From contig CP084166.1 of the NCBI GenBank assembly GCA_021513695.1, positions 1,792,001 through 1,856,000 on the forward strand: a stretch of DNA of 64,000 nucleotides, given 5' to 3'. The translations under genes were made by a program, and so were the position numbers. Of the stretch, positions 48,258 through 59,202 are shown piece by piece (position 1 is the stretch's first letter; each line of letters opens with the position of its first letter). Source of the DNA: Candidatus Heimdallarchaeum aukensis (GTDB lineage: Archaea; Asgardarchaeota; Heimdallarchaeia; Heimdallarchaeales; Heimdallarchaeaceae). Under the pieces are notes generated by a model, which searched no databases, was not told the DNA's origin, and worked only from the letters and a program-made list of their open reading frames with translations.

Positions 48258-49382
48258 TTAATCTTGCAATAATTCTTTAATATTTTTTAATAAACCATGC
48301 TTTTTTGTTAAAGTTTTTTTCAACAAATCAATTCCATCAATAACAGTGGGATCAATCTCATTGAGAAATGCCAGATAAATGCTAATGTAATCAATAATGT
48401 AAGTTAAAGTTAGTTGGTGAGCTATTTTTGAATTACCAAGTGCGTATAATTCGAAGATTTTTTCTGTTTTTTTGTTCATTATCTTTTCAGTGACTTCAAC
48501 TCTTGTTTTTATCTCAGGTCGTTCATTTGGTAACCTTAATAGAACAACAGAAATGTGGTTCATCACTTTTAAGCTATCCCAAATAACAATACCATTATGA
48601 TTGCTTTCTGGTAAGTTCTCGTAGCAAGATAGCATTTTACTATTTTCATTTAGCTGACATTTAGCTCTATAGGAAACAGGAGAACAATAAGAATTACTGA
48701 TAAAAATGGGGGTTGAATTATATAATAAGAGAGATAATTTCTTAGCTTGGTTTTGACTAGTAGATACTTCTGGCGACAATTGTTCTGATAGACGCTCCAA
48801 TAGAGCTACTGATTCATCTAAAGCTTCATCAATATTTGTTATCGAGAATATTTTTTCAAACACTTTCAACAACGAAACATAAAGTAGAGGAAATGCAGTT
48901 CTGGGCGGTTGACCACCTTTTAATTTCACATAAGGTATACCAATTTTAGATGAAAAATCACCTAAAATTCCACCAGAGGAGATTGTTACAATCATTGACT
49001 TTCTTTTCAAAGCTTGATAGAAACAAGAAACTGTTTCTTCTGTATTTCCTGAATAACTAATACAGATAGTAAGTGTTTTTTCATCCACGAATTTGGGAAT
49101 TGAGTAACTTTTGTTTACAATAATGGGAACTTTGATTTCATCAATCAATAAATTAGAAACATAATCAGCCACAATTGCAGAACCTCCCATTCCACAAAGC
49201 AGAACTTTTTCTGGACTTGTATATTGAACAACTTGATCTTTCCATGAATAATCTTCCGGAATAGAAAAATCATGTAATCGTTTTTTTAATTCTGTTATTG
49301 ATGAAGTCCAGTTATTCATTAATGCTAGCTGGTTCGATTTGTCTAATGCTCTCAATACGTTAACATCATCTAAGTCAATCAT
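48258..49382 (-). CDS. SIS-domain sugar-phosphate isomerase (bifunctional PGI/PMI-like family)
   Basis: 374 aa. SIS motif 'LLCGMGGSAIVADYV', 'SYSGNTEET'. Adjacent to glmS on the same strand. Cannot be separated from a GlcN-6-P deaminase-type SIS protein by eye. Confidence 0.5.
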   Translation of the reverse strand: MIDLDDVNVLRALDKSNQLALMNNWTSSITELKKRLHDFSIPEDYSWKDQVVQYTSPEKVLLCGMGGSAIVADYVSNLLIDEIKVPIIVNKSYSIPKFVDEKTLTICISYSGNTEETVSCFYQALKRKSMIVTISSGGILGDFSSKIGIPYVKLKGGQPPRTAFPLLYVSLLKVFEKIFSITNIDEALDESVALLERLSEQLSPEVSTSQNQAKKLSLLLYNSTPIFISNSYCSPVSYRAKCQLNENSKMLSCYENLPESNHNGIVIWDSLKVMNHISVVLLRLPNERPEIKTRVEVTEKIMNKKTEKIFELYALGNSKIAHQLTLTYIIDYISIYLAFLNEIDPTVIDGIDLLKKTLTKKHGLLKNIKELLQD

Positions 49383-49501
49383 TAAAATAGATAGGATATG
49401 GATTATTTTAAATACCTTTCTTTATCATTTCACTTAAATATAAGTTCTGCAACTTCGCTTCAAACAACAGTTTTTTAAATAAATTTTGTTTATGCTCAAA
49501 C

Positions 49502-49687
49502 ATGTCTAAAGTTCCGTATCCTAAAACAAAATATTACAAAGTTAAATGTGCATCATGCAATAATGAACAAATTGTATTTGATTCTGTTAAATCGATTGTT
49601 AAGTGTAATGTTTGTGACGAGATTCTTGCTAAACCAAGAGGTGGTAAAGCACAGATTCTTGGCGAAATTATCGAACAATTTTCTTAA
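49502..49687 (+). CDS. rps27e: Ribosomal protein S27e
   Basis: 61 aa. C4 zinc finger 'KVKCASCNNEQIVFDSVKSIVKCNVCDEILAKPRGGKA' is the canonical eS27 pattern. Confidence 0.8.
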   Translation: MSKVPYPKTKYYKVKCASCNNEQIVFDSVKSIVKCNVCDEILAKPRGGKAQILGEIIEQFS

Positions 49688-49786
49688 AGTAAGAATTTCA
49701 AAGCAGAACTTTCATTTTTATCTATTTGTAAATAAATCTATTTTATTTTAACAAGAAAAAAGATACTTTAATTCGTTTATATTACA

Positions 49787-50404
49787 TTAAAGTTCTACCT
49801 TTTCAGCGATATCATGAGTTATAAAGCTATTTGCATTTTCCTTTGGCAATTTACAAATATCTTCTTTCTTAAATGGCCCATAAATTGATCCATCAATACC
49901 TACAATTTCATTTTTCACATCTTTTGAAAATCGCACAATAATGTATTCGATATTAGTTTCTTCTTTTGAACTCGTTTCTTTACTAATTTCATCTTCAGGC
50001 TCATAAAAAGTGAATTCTTGAAAAATCAGCGCTTCACTTGGTCGTTCTAAGCTTCTTACATAAAATTTGTGCAATTTCAGAAAGTTAGAATAAAAGGCAT
50101 ATTCTTCTTGAGCTAAGTTTACTTCAATTTTTTTGTTTTCAATCACAGCATTGGAAATTTTTTTTGTCCTTATTTCAATAAGATCTTTTAAAACATAATT
50201 TAATCGATTTAATCTGATATTTAATATTTTTTTTATTATAGGATCAGATTCTTTTTCAACAATTTCTGAAAATTTATCCTTTAAGATTTTGATATCAGAG
50301 AAGAAGCTAGGTTTAATAGGAGTAATCTTTCTGCTACTTTCTCGTTCTGCATGCCATACAGAATATAAATCATCAATATATTGAAATTTAATTCGTGAAG
50401 ACAT
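49787..50404 (-). CDS. Putative GINS subunit (Gins51-like)
   Basis: 205 aa. 'LYSVWHAERESSRKI' resembles the Psf1/Sld5 A-domain 'W.nE...PELL' motif. The gene sits directly downstream of pcna on the same strand, an arrangement known from Thermococcales. Confidence 0.4.
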   Translation of the reverse strand: MSSRIKFQYIDDLYSVWHAERESSRKITPIKPSFFSDIKILKDKFSEIVEKESDPIIKKILNIRLNRLNYVLKDLIEIRTKKISNAVIENKKIEVNLAQEEYAFYSNFLKLHKFYVRSLERPSEALIFQEFTFYEPEDEISKETSSKEETNIEYIIVRFSKDVKNEIVGIDGSIYGPFKKEDICKLPKENANSFITHDIAEKVEL

Positions 50405-50448
50405 TTTTAATTTCCAATTAGTTGTATTTTCCCTCCCTCAGTTAAGAA

Positions 50449-51264
50449 TTAATAGTCTTCGTCATCATATTCGTAATCTTCTTCGTCTGCAACACTTTCA
50501 ATTCTTGGGGCTAGCATATAATGTAGATATCCTTTATTCTCTAAATTATATTCAAGAATAATGGGTTTATTTGTTGCAAAACCAATAGTGAGAGTCTCTG
50601 AGGATCTAATACCTTTCATAAAATTGTTCAAGAATTCAAGAGAATAGGAAGACTCGGATTCTTCTATAATTTCAAAAGACTCAGTTTCTATTTCTTCACT
50701 TTCAGGACCAACTACTGTTTCCATCTCATTTGAAAAACTTGAGCAACTAAAGATTACTTTATCAGGAAAGGCATGTATTTTAAAATGATCACTTATCATC
50801 ATCGAATCTTTTAATACTTGTTGAAAGAATGAGGCATCAATATTAAATTGTGCAGTCCTTAATATTTTTACTTTGTCAGGAGGAGGATTATCATCTTTAA
50901 TATCGATCATTTTCAAAGTAAAACTTCTTTCTCTATTTTTTGCCTTGAATACAATGCGTAAACGCTGTTCTCTTTCGTCGAAATTCAAATTTAAAACTTC
51001 ATCCTTTTTTGCTGTTTTTAGCATATTGTTGAAAGTCTCTAAGTTTAATCCTAAGGAAAAACTATTGTCTACCTTAAATTCTTGGAAAGCTTCCTTTTTC
51101 AAAACAAAATCAAACATTGATATTCTTGTTGGATCAAAAGTTTTTATTTGAATACTGTCCTTATTAATGCTTAAAAAACATTCAGAAACAATTGAACTAA
51201 TAATTGAAATATTACTAGCTAAAATCTTTGAATTTTCGTTATCAAGTTGTAGATCGAAACTCAT
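50449..51264 (-). CDS. pcna: DNA polymerase sliding clamp PCNA with an unusual acidic C-terminal tail
   Basis: 271 aa. Two-domain clamp pattern with '...YMLAPRIE' near the C-terminus, extended by 'SVADEEDYEYDDEDY'. Confidence 0.8.
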   Translation of the reverse strand: MSFDLQLDNENSKILASNISIISSIVSECFLSINKDSIQIKTFDPTRISMFDFVLKKEAFQEFKVDNSFSLGLNLETFNNMLKTAKKDEVLNLNFDEREQRLRIVFKAKNRERSFTLKMIDIKDDNPPPDKVKILRTAQFNIDASFFQQVLKDSMMISDHFKIHAFPDKVIFSCSSFSNEMETVVGPESEEIETESFEIIEESESSYSLEFLNNFMKGIRSSETLTIGFATNKPIILEYNLENKGYLHYMLAPRIESVADEEDYEYDDEDY

Positions 51265-51611
51265 TGTAATTCCCCTAACTCAATTTATTACTATCTTTAG
51301 TCTACATGTAAAAAAACATTTAGCTATTTAAGGGAATCGTCAGTAGTTTATTTAGTAAAGAAAGATAAAATTGAATATTTCTAATAGTGTCTCTTTTTTT
51401 CTTTGGGTTTCTTATCTATTAAAGAGGTAAAGGAATTACCAAAAAGAGTGATAACAATGTTTGACCCAGTAGAAGATATGCCAGACGATGCAGATTGCAT
51501 CCCTCCTTTATACTTTCCTTAAGTGGTAAAGGAACTCATTTCTTTTTTTTTTTATTTTTTATTTGGTTGAAAAATAATAAAATAATAAAATGATAAAAAA
51601 AGTGGTTAAGT

Positions 51612-53066
51612 CTAAATGTCTGTTCTATTAAAGTCGATATTTTTATCTCTAAACTTTGGATGAAACTTTTTAATAACCTCAATAGGAATACGTTTAAGTA
51701 CACGTTCTGGATCGTCGAAAATGGATAATAGTTCCCATCCTAAATCTAAGCTTTCAAAAATTGTTCTGTCTTCATGGTAATCTTGGTTAATGAATTTTTC
51801 TTCAAATAAATCAGCAAATTGTAAGGTTTTTCGATCTAAATCCGAAAGGCTTTCTGAACCAACAACAGCAACAAGATCCCTTAGATCCCTACCATCTGCA
51901 TATAAAGCATACAACTGGTCAGCCACATACTTATGATCACTACGAGTGGAATTAATACCTATACATTCCTTCATAAGACGGCTTAAACTAGGTAAAGGAT
52001 TAATAGGTGGGTACAAACCCTTGCGGTTTAAGCCTACATCAATGTAGATTTGGCCCTCTGTAATATAACCAGTTAAATCAGGAACTGGATGGGTGATGTC
52101 AAAATTTGGCATTGTTAAGATTGGAATTTGCGTAATGGAGCCTTTTTTACCGCGTATTTTTCCTGCTCTTTCATATATTGTAGCAAAGTCGCTGTATAAA
52201 TAGCCTGGGTATCCTCTTCTTCCAGGAACTTCATTTCTTGCAGCTCCTATCTCCCTCAGTGCTTCTGCATATGTGGTCATATCAGTTAATATTACTAATA
52301 CTTGGTATCCTTTCTCAAAAGCTAGATATTCAGCAGCTGTTAGAGCAATTCTGGGAGTTAGTAATCTTTCTACAGCAGGATCATCTGCAAGATTCAAGAA
52401 CAGCACAGTTCGTTCTAAAGCACCGGTTGATTCAAAATCATCTCTGAAGAATCTTGCTTCGTCAGCTGTTAACCCCATGGCACAGAAAACGACTGCAAAA
52501 TTTTCTTCTTCACCCAAAACTTTTGCTTGTCTTGCAATTTGGGCTGCGATTCTGTTGTGAGGTAACCCACTACCTGAAAAGAGAGGTAATTTTTGTCCTC
52601 TAACCAATGTAAGCAGCGTATCAATAGTAGAAATACCTGTTTGAATAAACTCTTTTGGATATTCTCTAGCTGAGGGATTAATGGGAGCTCCATTTATGTC
52701 CAGAATTTTTTCTACAGCAACAGGGCCTCCTCCATCAATTGTTATTCCTCTTCCACTAAAAACTCTTCCTAATATTTCGTGGCTCACTCCAAACTCCATT
52801 GTACGGCCTAAAAATCGAACTCTAGTTTTATCTGTCTCTAAACCTCTTGTTCCTTCAAAAACTTGAACTACGGCTAAATTTCGGGATACTTCCAGTACCT
52901 GTCCATTTCTTTTTTCTCCATCTACTGTTTCAATTTGAACAATTTCACCATATGAAACTCCACCTTTATTCCTTAAGTCAACAAACAGTAGAGGTCCACT
53001 TACTTGTTGGACTGTTTGAAATTCTCTATAATTTAATTGTAACTTTTCGTCCATTTTTTTCACCAC
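51612..53066 (-). CDS. atpB: A/V-type ATP synthase subunit B
   Basis: 484 aa. '[15 protein letters not shown]', 'YPGYLYSD' and '[11 protein letters not shown]' are diagnostic of the regulatory B subunit. Confidence 0.9.
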   Translation of the reverse strand: MVKKMDEKLQLNYREFQTVQQVSGPLLFVDLRNKGGVSYGEIVQIETVDGEKRNGQVLEVSRNLAVVQVFEGTRGLETDKTRVRFLGRTMEFGVSHEILGRVFSGRGITIDGGGPVAVEKILDINGAPINPSAREYPKEFIQTGISTIDTLLTLVRGQKLPLFSGSGLPHNRIAAQIARQAKVLGEEENFAVVFCAMGLTADEARFFRDDFESTGALERTVLFLNLADDPAVERLLTPRIALTAAEYLAFEKGYQVLVILTDMTTYAEALREIGAARNEVPGRRGYPGYLYSDFATIYERAGKIRGKKGSITQIPILTMPNFDITHPVPDLTGYITEGQIYIDVGLNRKGLYPPINPLPSLSRLMKECIGINSTRSDHKYVADQLYALYADGRDLRDLVAVVGSESLSDLDRKTLQFADLFEEKFINQDYHEDRTIFESLDLGWELLSIFDDPERVLKRIPIEVIKKFHPKFRDKNIDFNRTDI

Positions 53067-53068
53067 GC

Positions 53069-56000
53069 TTAACTCAAATCCTCCACGCCTACATCTGTAG
53101 GACTGATACCATCAATTTCAGCAATAAGAGCGTTTATTTCCTCTTCTACATCTTCTTGTACGATATACTTCATTCTTGCGATTTTAACCACAACATCGTG
53201 CTCAAATATGTTCTTGACCTCTGCACCTCTCTGATACAGATCATTCGCCTTATGATAGAAACTTAATATCGCCTTTAGCATAAGATATTGTTTTTGCATA
53301 CTACAAAACGAATCGACTTCATGAAAAGCATTCTGCTGTAGAAAAGACTCTTTTATTATTCTAGCAATTTCTAAGACGATTTTCTCTTTAGGGGGAAGAG
53401 CATCAGGACCTACAAGAGAAACAATTTCAGAAAGTTCTTTATCCTTTTGTAACAATGCCATAGCTTCTGCACGCAATTCTGGGAATTCAGGATCAATATT
53501 AGTTGAATACCACTCTTGTAATACGTTCCAATATAATGTATAGCTTAAAAGGTAATCAATAGCAGGAAAATGTCTTCTTGCGGCAAGATCCTTGCTTAAT
53601 GCCCAGAACACTTTTACTATCCTTAAAGTGTTTTGAGTAACTGGCTCACTAAAATCGCCTCCAGGGGGGCTCACAGCTCCAACAACTGTAATACTAGCAG
53701 TTCTTGGTTCTGATCCTAAAGTCAGCACTCTACCAGCTCTTTCATAATATTGTGCAACTTTTGAAGCCAAATAAGCAGGAAAACCTTCTTCACCAGGCAT
53801 TTCTTCTAGTCTTCCAGATATTTCTCTTAATGCCTCAGCCCATCGGGAAGTTGAATCAGCCATCATTGCTACATCATAACCCATATCTCTAAAGAATTCA
53901 GCCATTGTTATTCCAGTGTAAACACTTGCTTCTCTTGCAGCTACAGGCATGTTGGAAGTGTTAGCTATTAATGTAGTTCTATCCATTAGGGGGCCACCAG
54001 TATACGGATCAACAAGTTTAGGGAACTCTCTTAAGACATCAGTCATCTCATTTCCTCTTTCACCACAACCTACATAAACAACTATCTTAGCATCCGACCA
54101 TTTAGCTAGTTGATGCTGTGATACAGTATTATGTAGGGTGAATGGTAATTCTCCTCCAACAAAGTTGTGATATTCGTCTACTGTTAAATCATAGACATCA
54201 GTTTCCTGTTCGATTATTGAAATTTCTTTTATTCTATCGAAAAACACATGTTCTACTAATTCCTGAAGATAGGCTCGATTACTAAAATCATCCAAAGTGT
54301 TAGTATCAAAATTAGAATTTGTTACATCTACCACTTGTTCTATTACGACAGAACTATTATTTGACTGAACAACTTTTCTTGCTAATTGTGTAATATTATT
54401 AGTTTCTTGATACTGGTATAGTTGGTACATTTTTTCATGTTTAGTGGTATTATAATGAGAGAACTTTTCTATCAACTTCAGTAGTTCTTTCTCTTTTATT
54501 TCGAAAACAAAGTTGTTTTGATCTTTTAGATTATAAACAACACCTAATCGTGTTAGGAGATAAGAAAATTCTGATAATTGGAATTTGTTTTTATGATATA
54601 TTTGAAGAGTAGTATCATTGAACGATGTATTTATTACAAAGTAACCATTTAGATAATGAACCAACAGCTCATCGGATGATTGCATCAAGAGTTTTGGAAC
54701 ACGAACATCAGAATCTGTCAAACTGCCTTTAAGTCCAAGATATTGAAGGAATTTAACAACTACAGAACTTGAAAAATGTACAAAATTTTCCCCTATTGTG
54801 TTATCATAATCATAGGCACAAAATAGTCCAAATATTTGCTCAGTAAGATCATTAAAACGATTCAACAAAAAATCTGAATTTGTGCTAAAGAAAATAGTTT
54901 CATCTCTAATGATACCATTAGCTGTAAAGAGTCCTAACCATTCAGCAAGTTCATTAGTCATGTAAACAGGTAACTTCACAACTGAAGAATTAGTTTCTTC
55001 ACGTAATACAGAAACACTGATTTCTGGTTCTCCAGCTAATTTAGTTAGTTTATGTAAAAATGCTAAATTAGGCTCTTTTTCTTTGTTTAAATATTTCATT
55101 AAAATGTTGAATGAAACATTAGTTTTTTGAGCAATTTCTTCCAAAGACATTACTTCACTTAGTTTGTTGATAATTTCTTCCATCCTCATTAAAGCTTGTG
55201 TGTCAGCAACTCTAAGTGATAGATCGATATCATAGGCACTAATAGGATTTTGTTGTCCTTTAATTTGAAGATGGCGAGGAACAATAAGCAAATCACCGGG
55301 TCGTAGATACTGTGATTCTACCTCTTCTATTTTGCGTCCATTGAATCTAAAAAGTTTATGAACAGGTGTAACAGTAACTTCTCTTCCACTATCTGTTTTT
55401 ACACTTACCAGTCTTGACGTTTTTCCACGATAAATGTAACTTGCTTTTTGCTCAACATATGATTCTCCATTAAAACTTAGTATAGAAAGGTCACCGGTAA
55501 TTTTTATCAGAGTTTCATTTTCATTATCTAATTCAATCAATCCATCATTTTGAATAAAACTTTTATAAAGATCCTTTATTTCTACCAAACTTCCATCGCT
55601 TAGGAATACTGGAGTGGAACCAACAACACATTTCCCAGTCCCAAAACCGCCGGGAATTGCTCCAGTTCCTCCTTTTGCAATAGGGGCGAAAGTATCAAAT
55701 ATTCTTTGCCCAGTTATCAGGGGGACATTACTTGGTAAACGTTTATATATTGGTCTAGGAGTTCGGACAGGCCATTTATGGAAAAATTGTAAATCTATCT
55801 TTTCTCCACTAGCTGTTAACACTGTTGCTGCAGTTTCATCTATGGTGTAATCGCCTGCAGGAGCAATGTATTCTAGAGTTCCCTTTATATAAGGAGGTAC
55901 CAACAGCTTAAAATCAACTGTAGGCGTTTCAGGAATAATTCCTAATATATCTCCGCCTACCACCTTATCTCCTTTCTTAAGTATTGGACGAAAATCCCAT

Positions 56001-56356
56001 AATTTTTTGTGATCTAATCCTGGAACATCAATTCCTCGAGAGATATTGTCTCCTGTCAATTTTTGTATTTCTGGAAGAGGACGTTGAATTCCATCATATA
56101 TTTGACGAAGTAAACCAGGACCTAGCTCTACTGAAAGAGGATTATTTGTGGGGTACACAGGTTCTCCGGGTGTTAGACCGTCAGTACTTTCATAAACTTG
56201 AATTGTAGCTACATCACCTTCTAGTCTAATTATCTCACCAACTAGTCGTTCATTCCCTACTCTTGCAACATCATAAAGTTTAGCCCCAAGCATGTTAGAT
56301 GCTTGCACTACAGGACCTGATATTTTATTTATTACTCCAACTTTGGCATCATTCAT
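53069..56356 (-). CDS. atpA: A/V-type ATP synthase catalytic subunit A, interrupted by a 501-aa intein in the P-loop
   Basis: 1095 aa against the usual 580-590. The N-extein ends '...[10 protein letters not shown]'. The intein runs from C243 ('[14 protein letters not shown]...') to '...FTLHN' at residue 743. The C-extein resumes '[28 protein letters not shown]...'. Splicing restores GGFGTGKT. Confidence 0.9.
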   Translation of the reverse strand: MNDAKVGVINKISGPVVQASNMLGAKLYDVARVGNERLVGEIIRLEGDVATIQVYESTDGLTPGEPVYPTNNPLSVELGPGLLRQIYDGIQRPLPEIQKLTGDNISRGIDVPGLDHKKLWDFRPILKKGDKVVGGDILGIIPETPTVDFKLLVPPYIKGTLEYIAPAGDYTIDETAATVLTASGEKIDLQFFHKWPVRTPRPIYKRLPSNVPLITGQRIFDTFAPIAKGGTGAIPGGFGTGKCVVGSTPVFLSDGSLVEIKDLYKSFIQNDGLIELDNENETLIKITGDLSILSFNGESYVEQKASYIYRGKTSRLVSVKTDSGREVTVTPVHKLFRFNGRKIEEVESQYLRPGDLLIVPRHLQIKGQQNPISAYDIDLSLRVADTQALMRMEEIINKLSEVMSLEEIAQKTNVSFNILMKYLNKEKEPNLAFLHKLTKLAGEPEISVSVLREETNSSVVKLPVYMTNELAEWLGLFTANGIIRDETIFFSTNSDFLLNRFNDLTEQIFGLFCAYDYDNTIGENFVHFSSSVVVKFLQYLGLKGSLTDSDVRVPKLLMQSSDELLVHYLNGYFVINTSFNDTTLQIYHKNKFQLSEFSYLLTRLGVVYNLKDQNNFVFEIKEKELLKLIEKFSHYNTTKHEKMYQLYQYQETNNITQLARKVVQSNNSSVVIEQVVDVTNSNFDTNTLDDFSNRAYLQELVEHVFFDRIKEISIIEQETDVYDLTVDEYHNFVGGELPFTLHNTVSQHQLAKWSDAKIVVYVGCGERGNEMTDVLREFPKLVDPYTGGPLMDRTTLIANTSNMPVAAREASVYTGITMAEFFRDMGYDVAMMADSTSRWAEALREISGRLEEMPGEEGFPAYLASKVAQYYERAGRVLTLGSEPRTASITVVGAVSPPGGDFSEPVTQNTLRIVKVFWALSKDLAARRHFPAIDYLLSYTLYWNVLQEWYSTNIDPEFPELRAEAMALLQKDKELSEIVSLVGPDALPPKEKIVLEIARIIKESFLQQNAFHEVDSFCSMQKQYLMLKAILSFYHKANDLYQRGAEVKNIFEHDVVVKIARMKYIVQEDVEEEINALIAEIDGISPTDVGVEDLS
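54128..55630 (-). mobile_element. Intein (VMA-type, P-loop insertion site) with a LAGLIDADG-like homing endonuclease domain, probably degenerate
   Basis: Begins with Cys after GK and ends with His-Asn followed by Thr. Block G-like '[15 protein letters not shown]'. Two LAGLIDADG-like motifs, '[10 protein letters not shown]' and '[12 protein letters not shown]', both carry Asn where the catalytic Asp/Glu is expected. Confidence 0.8.
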
Positions 56357-56455
56357 TCTCTATCTTTCTCGCTTCTGATAAACCACTGTAAAAAAAGAAT
56401 TTTTTAAGTTTATCTAAGAGAACAAGAAATCACAACCCAAGGTTTTTTTGAATTT

Positions 56456-57010
56456 CTATATTGTTCTGACAGAGCCACCTAATTTATTTGTAATAAAATC
56501 AGTAATTTCTTCTATCGTTTTTTTATTATCACAGTATATTGCATGTTCCTTAAGCTCAGGAAGCCATTTTTTATAAATATAGAATTTTTTAGAAAAGGGT
56601 TGAGTCGAAGAATATTCCTTACATTTCTCTATTAATGCTTTATTTTTTGAATAGGTAACGCTAGCTAAAATACAGTATTTATAGGAGTAAGTAGGGCCAT
56701 TATCAGAATACGAAACTTTAAACCAACTTTCATTTGTAACATCTTCTTCATGTTTTTGAATAGTCAAATTAGAAAGTTTTTCTTTTGAACACAATTTTTT
56801 TTCTAGCTTGAGTAGCTCGATATAATCTGTTTCTGTGATAGGTAAATTTAGGAAATTATATCTATATTCAAAATAATCTATTCTTCGCTCAATAAACTTG
56901 AATAAAGAATCAGATAACTCAGCTCTACAATGACTCAACTTGTTTTTCAATTCTGATAAAAAAGAGGGTATATCAGGATAATATTTACAAAACTCGTCCA
57001 TATCAATCAT
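56456..57010 (-). CDS. Hypothetical Cys/Tyr-rich protein upstream of atpA
   Basis: 184 aa with no recognisable motif. Same strand as atpA, 100 nt upstream of it. Confidence 0.4.
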   Translation of the reverse strand: MIDMDEFCKYYPDIPSFLSELKNKLSHCRAELSDSLFKFIERRIDYFEYRYNFLNLPITETDYIELLKLEKKLCSKEKLSNLTIQKHEEDVTNESWFKVSYSDNGPTYSYKYCILASVTYSKNKALIEKCKEYSSTQPFSKKFYIYKKWLPELKEHAIYCDNKKTIEEITDFITNKLGGSVRTI

Positions 57011-57080
57011 TTGTTTATCATAAATATAATGGAAAAATAGTATAAAAAACTAAAAAAAAAGCAAGATGTTATAAATTTAA

Positions 57081-58262
57081 TTAAAGTTTAACAACCCAAG
57101 GTTCAGTTTGTCTATTAGTTAAAAAAATGCAGCCATTTTCAGTAACCCTAATCATTTCTTCAATTGAACAATATCCATATCTTTGCAAATAAACATGTAG
57201 CTCTAGTGTAAAAATATTATTTTCCTCAATTTTCAATTCTGGTGCTTGTCCATATTTCTCCCACCTTGGCCCAATTAAGCAGCCACCATCATGAACATTA
57301 ATACCCACTTGATGACCTAATGCATGCATAAATTCAGAGTAACCAGCAGAAATAATATATTCTCGAGCAATCTTGTCAATCTCACATCCTTTTACTCCAG
57401 GTCTAATCTTACTGGCAGCTTCTGTAATTGCATTCTTACAAGTGTTAAATGCTTTTTCAACCTCATCTGGAACAGAATTTTCATTATCACCAAGAACATA
57501 TGTTAATCTTTGAATATCAGAAGCATAACCACCATATATTACTCCATAATCAACATTTACGAGATAACCACGTTTCACAGAGATTTTTGAAGAAGGATCA
57601 CCATGTCCAATAACAGTTTCTGGACCAACATTAATTAAAGGAGGATAAGCATACTTAACTCCAAATCTTTCATTATTGGCTTTTAGAATATTCGCAAGGT
57701 CAGTTTCAGTCATTCCAAGTTGTATACTATCTTTTAATAATTCATGACCTATTTCACTTATTTTTATAGCTTGTTTAATTCTCTCTACTTCTTCAGGGGT
57801 TTTCCTTCCTCGTAATGCAGACAATATTTTTTCAGAAGATACTAATCTATCCTTATATGGAGTGTCTTCAAGGATCTTTCTTAATTTTAAGAATAGACCA
57901 TAGGTTAATCCATCAGCTGCAACATTATCTTCAGAATAGTTAATTGCAATTGTTTTAGGTTTATAGCGCCCTAAAATATTAAGCAACCCATCCTTGATTC
58001 CTAAATCATAGAGTATAATTTCATCATAGATTTCTTGTTTTTCAATATTAGGAGCATCGTATCGACCTACAATTACTATTTTTTTGCCTTCTTTAGTCAA
58101 AATGAAACATGTTTGCCAAGTTAACCAAGTGGAGTCTGTTAAAAAGAAAAGACTTGGATCATGAATCTCTGATGTTTTTCTGACATAAGTCAACCACATG
58201 TCAATATCTAGCTCTTGAAGGATTGCTATTGCTTGATTTACTTTTTCTTTTATTAAACACAT
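57081..58262 (-). CDS. M24-family Xaa-Pro aminopeptidase / prolidase
   Basis: 393 aa. N-terminal creatinase-like domain and a pita-bread domain carrying 'HALGHQVGINVHDGG' and 'TLELHVY'. Confidence 0.8.
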   Translation of the reverse strand: MCLIKEKVNQAIAILQELDIDMWLTYVRKTSEIHDPSLFFLTDSTWLTWQTCFILTKEGKKIVIVGRYDAPNIEKQEIYDEIILYDLGIKDGLLNILGRYKPKTIAINYSEDNVAADGLTYGLFLKLRKILEDTPYKDRLVSSEKILSALRGRKTPEEVERIKQAIKISEIGHELLKDSIQLGMTETDLANILKANNERFGVKYAYPPLINVGPETVIGHGDPSSKISVKRGYLVNVDYGVIYGGYASDIQRLTYVLGDNENSVPDEVEKAFNTCKNAITEAASKIRPGVKGCEIDKIAREYIISAGYSEFMHALGHQVGINVHDGGCLIGPRWEKYGQAPELKIEENNIFTLELHVYLQRYGYCSIEEMIRVTENGCIFLTNRQTEPWVVKL

Positions 58263-58349
58263 AAATCATTATTAATACTCAAGGATTTAAAATTTATTGA
58301 AAAAAATTATCTAAAAAATCACAAAATTTTTTTTATCTTCTTTAGATTC

Positions 58350-59156
58350 TTGAATATGGGCATTTTACAGTTTTTACTAGTTGTTCTTTCTTTGATAATA
58401 ACGATCATTATTCTTTTTCTGCTAATAATTAAAAATGAAGAAAAGAAAAGCAAATACTTTTGGATTGTTTTTATAGGTGCTATGGGGTGGTTAATTGCAT
58501 TTCTTTTGCGTATTATTCCTCTAAATCTTGCTAAATCACTCACACTAGTTTCTCTAGGAATAGATTTATCAGATACACAAGCAGTACAAGCTGCGTCACA
58601 TAATGTTATAGTCCTTATGTGGGGGCCTATTTTTGCAGGTTTATTTGAGGAATTTGGCAGATATTTTCTTATTTCAAAAATAAGAGATGTAAAATCTAAT
58701 TATCCAAAAGGTCCAATAATATTAGGGATAGGGTGGACTTTAGGAGAGATAATTTACATCTATACAGCATACTTAATCTCGATGAACACATTAAATATAC
58801 CTTGGGAAACATCTGCATGGTCACTTGTATTAGCAAGTTTATTTGAACGTTTTACAGTTTCTGTTTTTCATGTCTTGATGAGTTTAGTCATTTTTCAGTC
58901 AATTCTTGAAAAACATTTGATGAAAAGATACGGATTGTGGATAGCTATAACTCTACACATACTATTTGATGGATTAATTATTGTGTGGATAATATTCTTT
59001 CCTTTAAAGAACCTCATTAATATTTGGACTTTAGAGATGGCTTTTGCATTTCTAACTCTAATTACTTTGATATTCGTTTCAAAGTATTGGGATAGAAAAA
59101 TAAGAGAAAAACTAAGTTTAATATCAAACGAAGAAGCAATTAGTTTAATAACTTAA
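58350..59156 (+). CDS. CPBP-family intramembrane glutamic endopeptidase (CAAX protease / Abi-like)
   Basis: 268 aa, polytopic. Motif 1 'FAGLFEEFGRYFL' (EExxxR), motif 2 'FHVLMS' (FxxxH), motif 3 'HILFDGL' (HxxxD/N). Confidence 0.55.
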   Translation: MNMGILQFLLVVLSLIITIIILFLLIIKNEEKKSKYFWIVFIGAMGWLIAFLLRIIPLNLAKSLTLVSLGIDLSDTQAVQAASHNVIVLMWGPIFAGLFEEFGRYFLISKIRDVKSNYPKGPIILGIGWTLGEIIYIYTAYLISMNTLNIPWETSAWSLVLASLFERFTVSVFHVLMSLVIFQSILEKHLMKRYGLWIAITLHILFDGLIIVWIIFFPLKNLINIWTLEMAFAFLTLITLIFVSKYWDRKIREKLSLISNEEAISLIT

Positions 59157-59202
59157 AAAGCAAAATGCAAAAATTTTTGAATTTTTTCTTCTTTTTTAGA
59201 AC

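Noticed and set aside
51457-51522. 21-codon plus-strand ORF (MFDPVEDMPDDADCIPPLYFP) in the pcna/atpB intergenic region, preceded by a GGTAAAGGAA motif that recurs 3' of the ORF
   Set aside because: It is too short and unsupported to call. The recurring motif may simply be promoter/terminator architecture for the flanking minus-strand genes.
883-53066. Additional inteins in large proteins (Hef, PAN, SRP54, GlmS, AtpB, PIN-KH ATPase)
   Set aside because: All have lengths typical of intein-free homologs and uninterrupted motif spacing.
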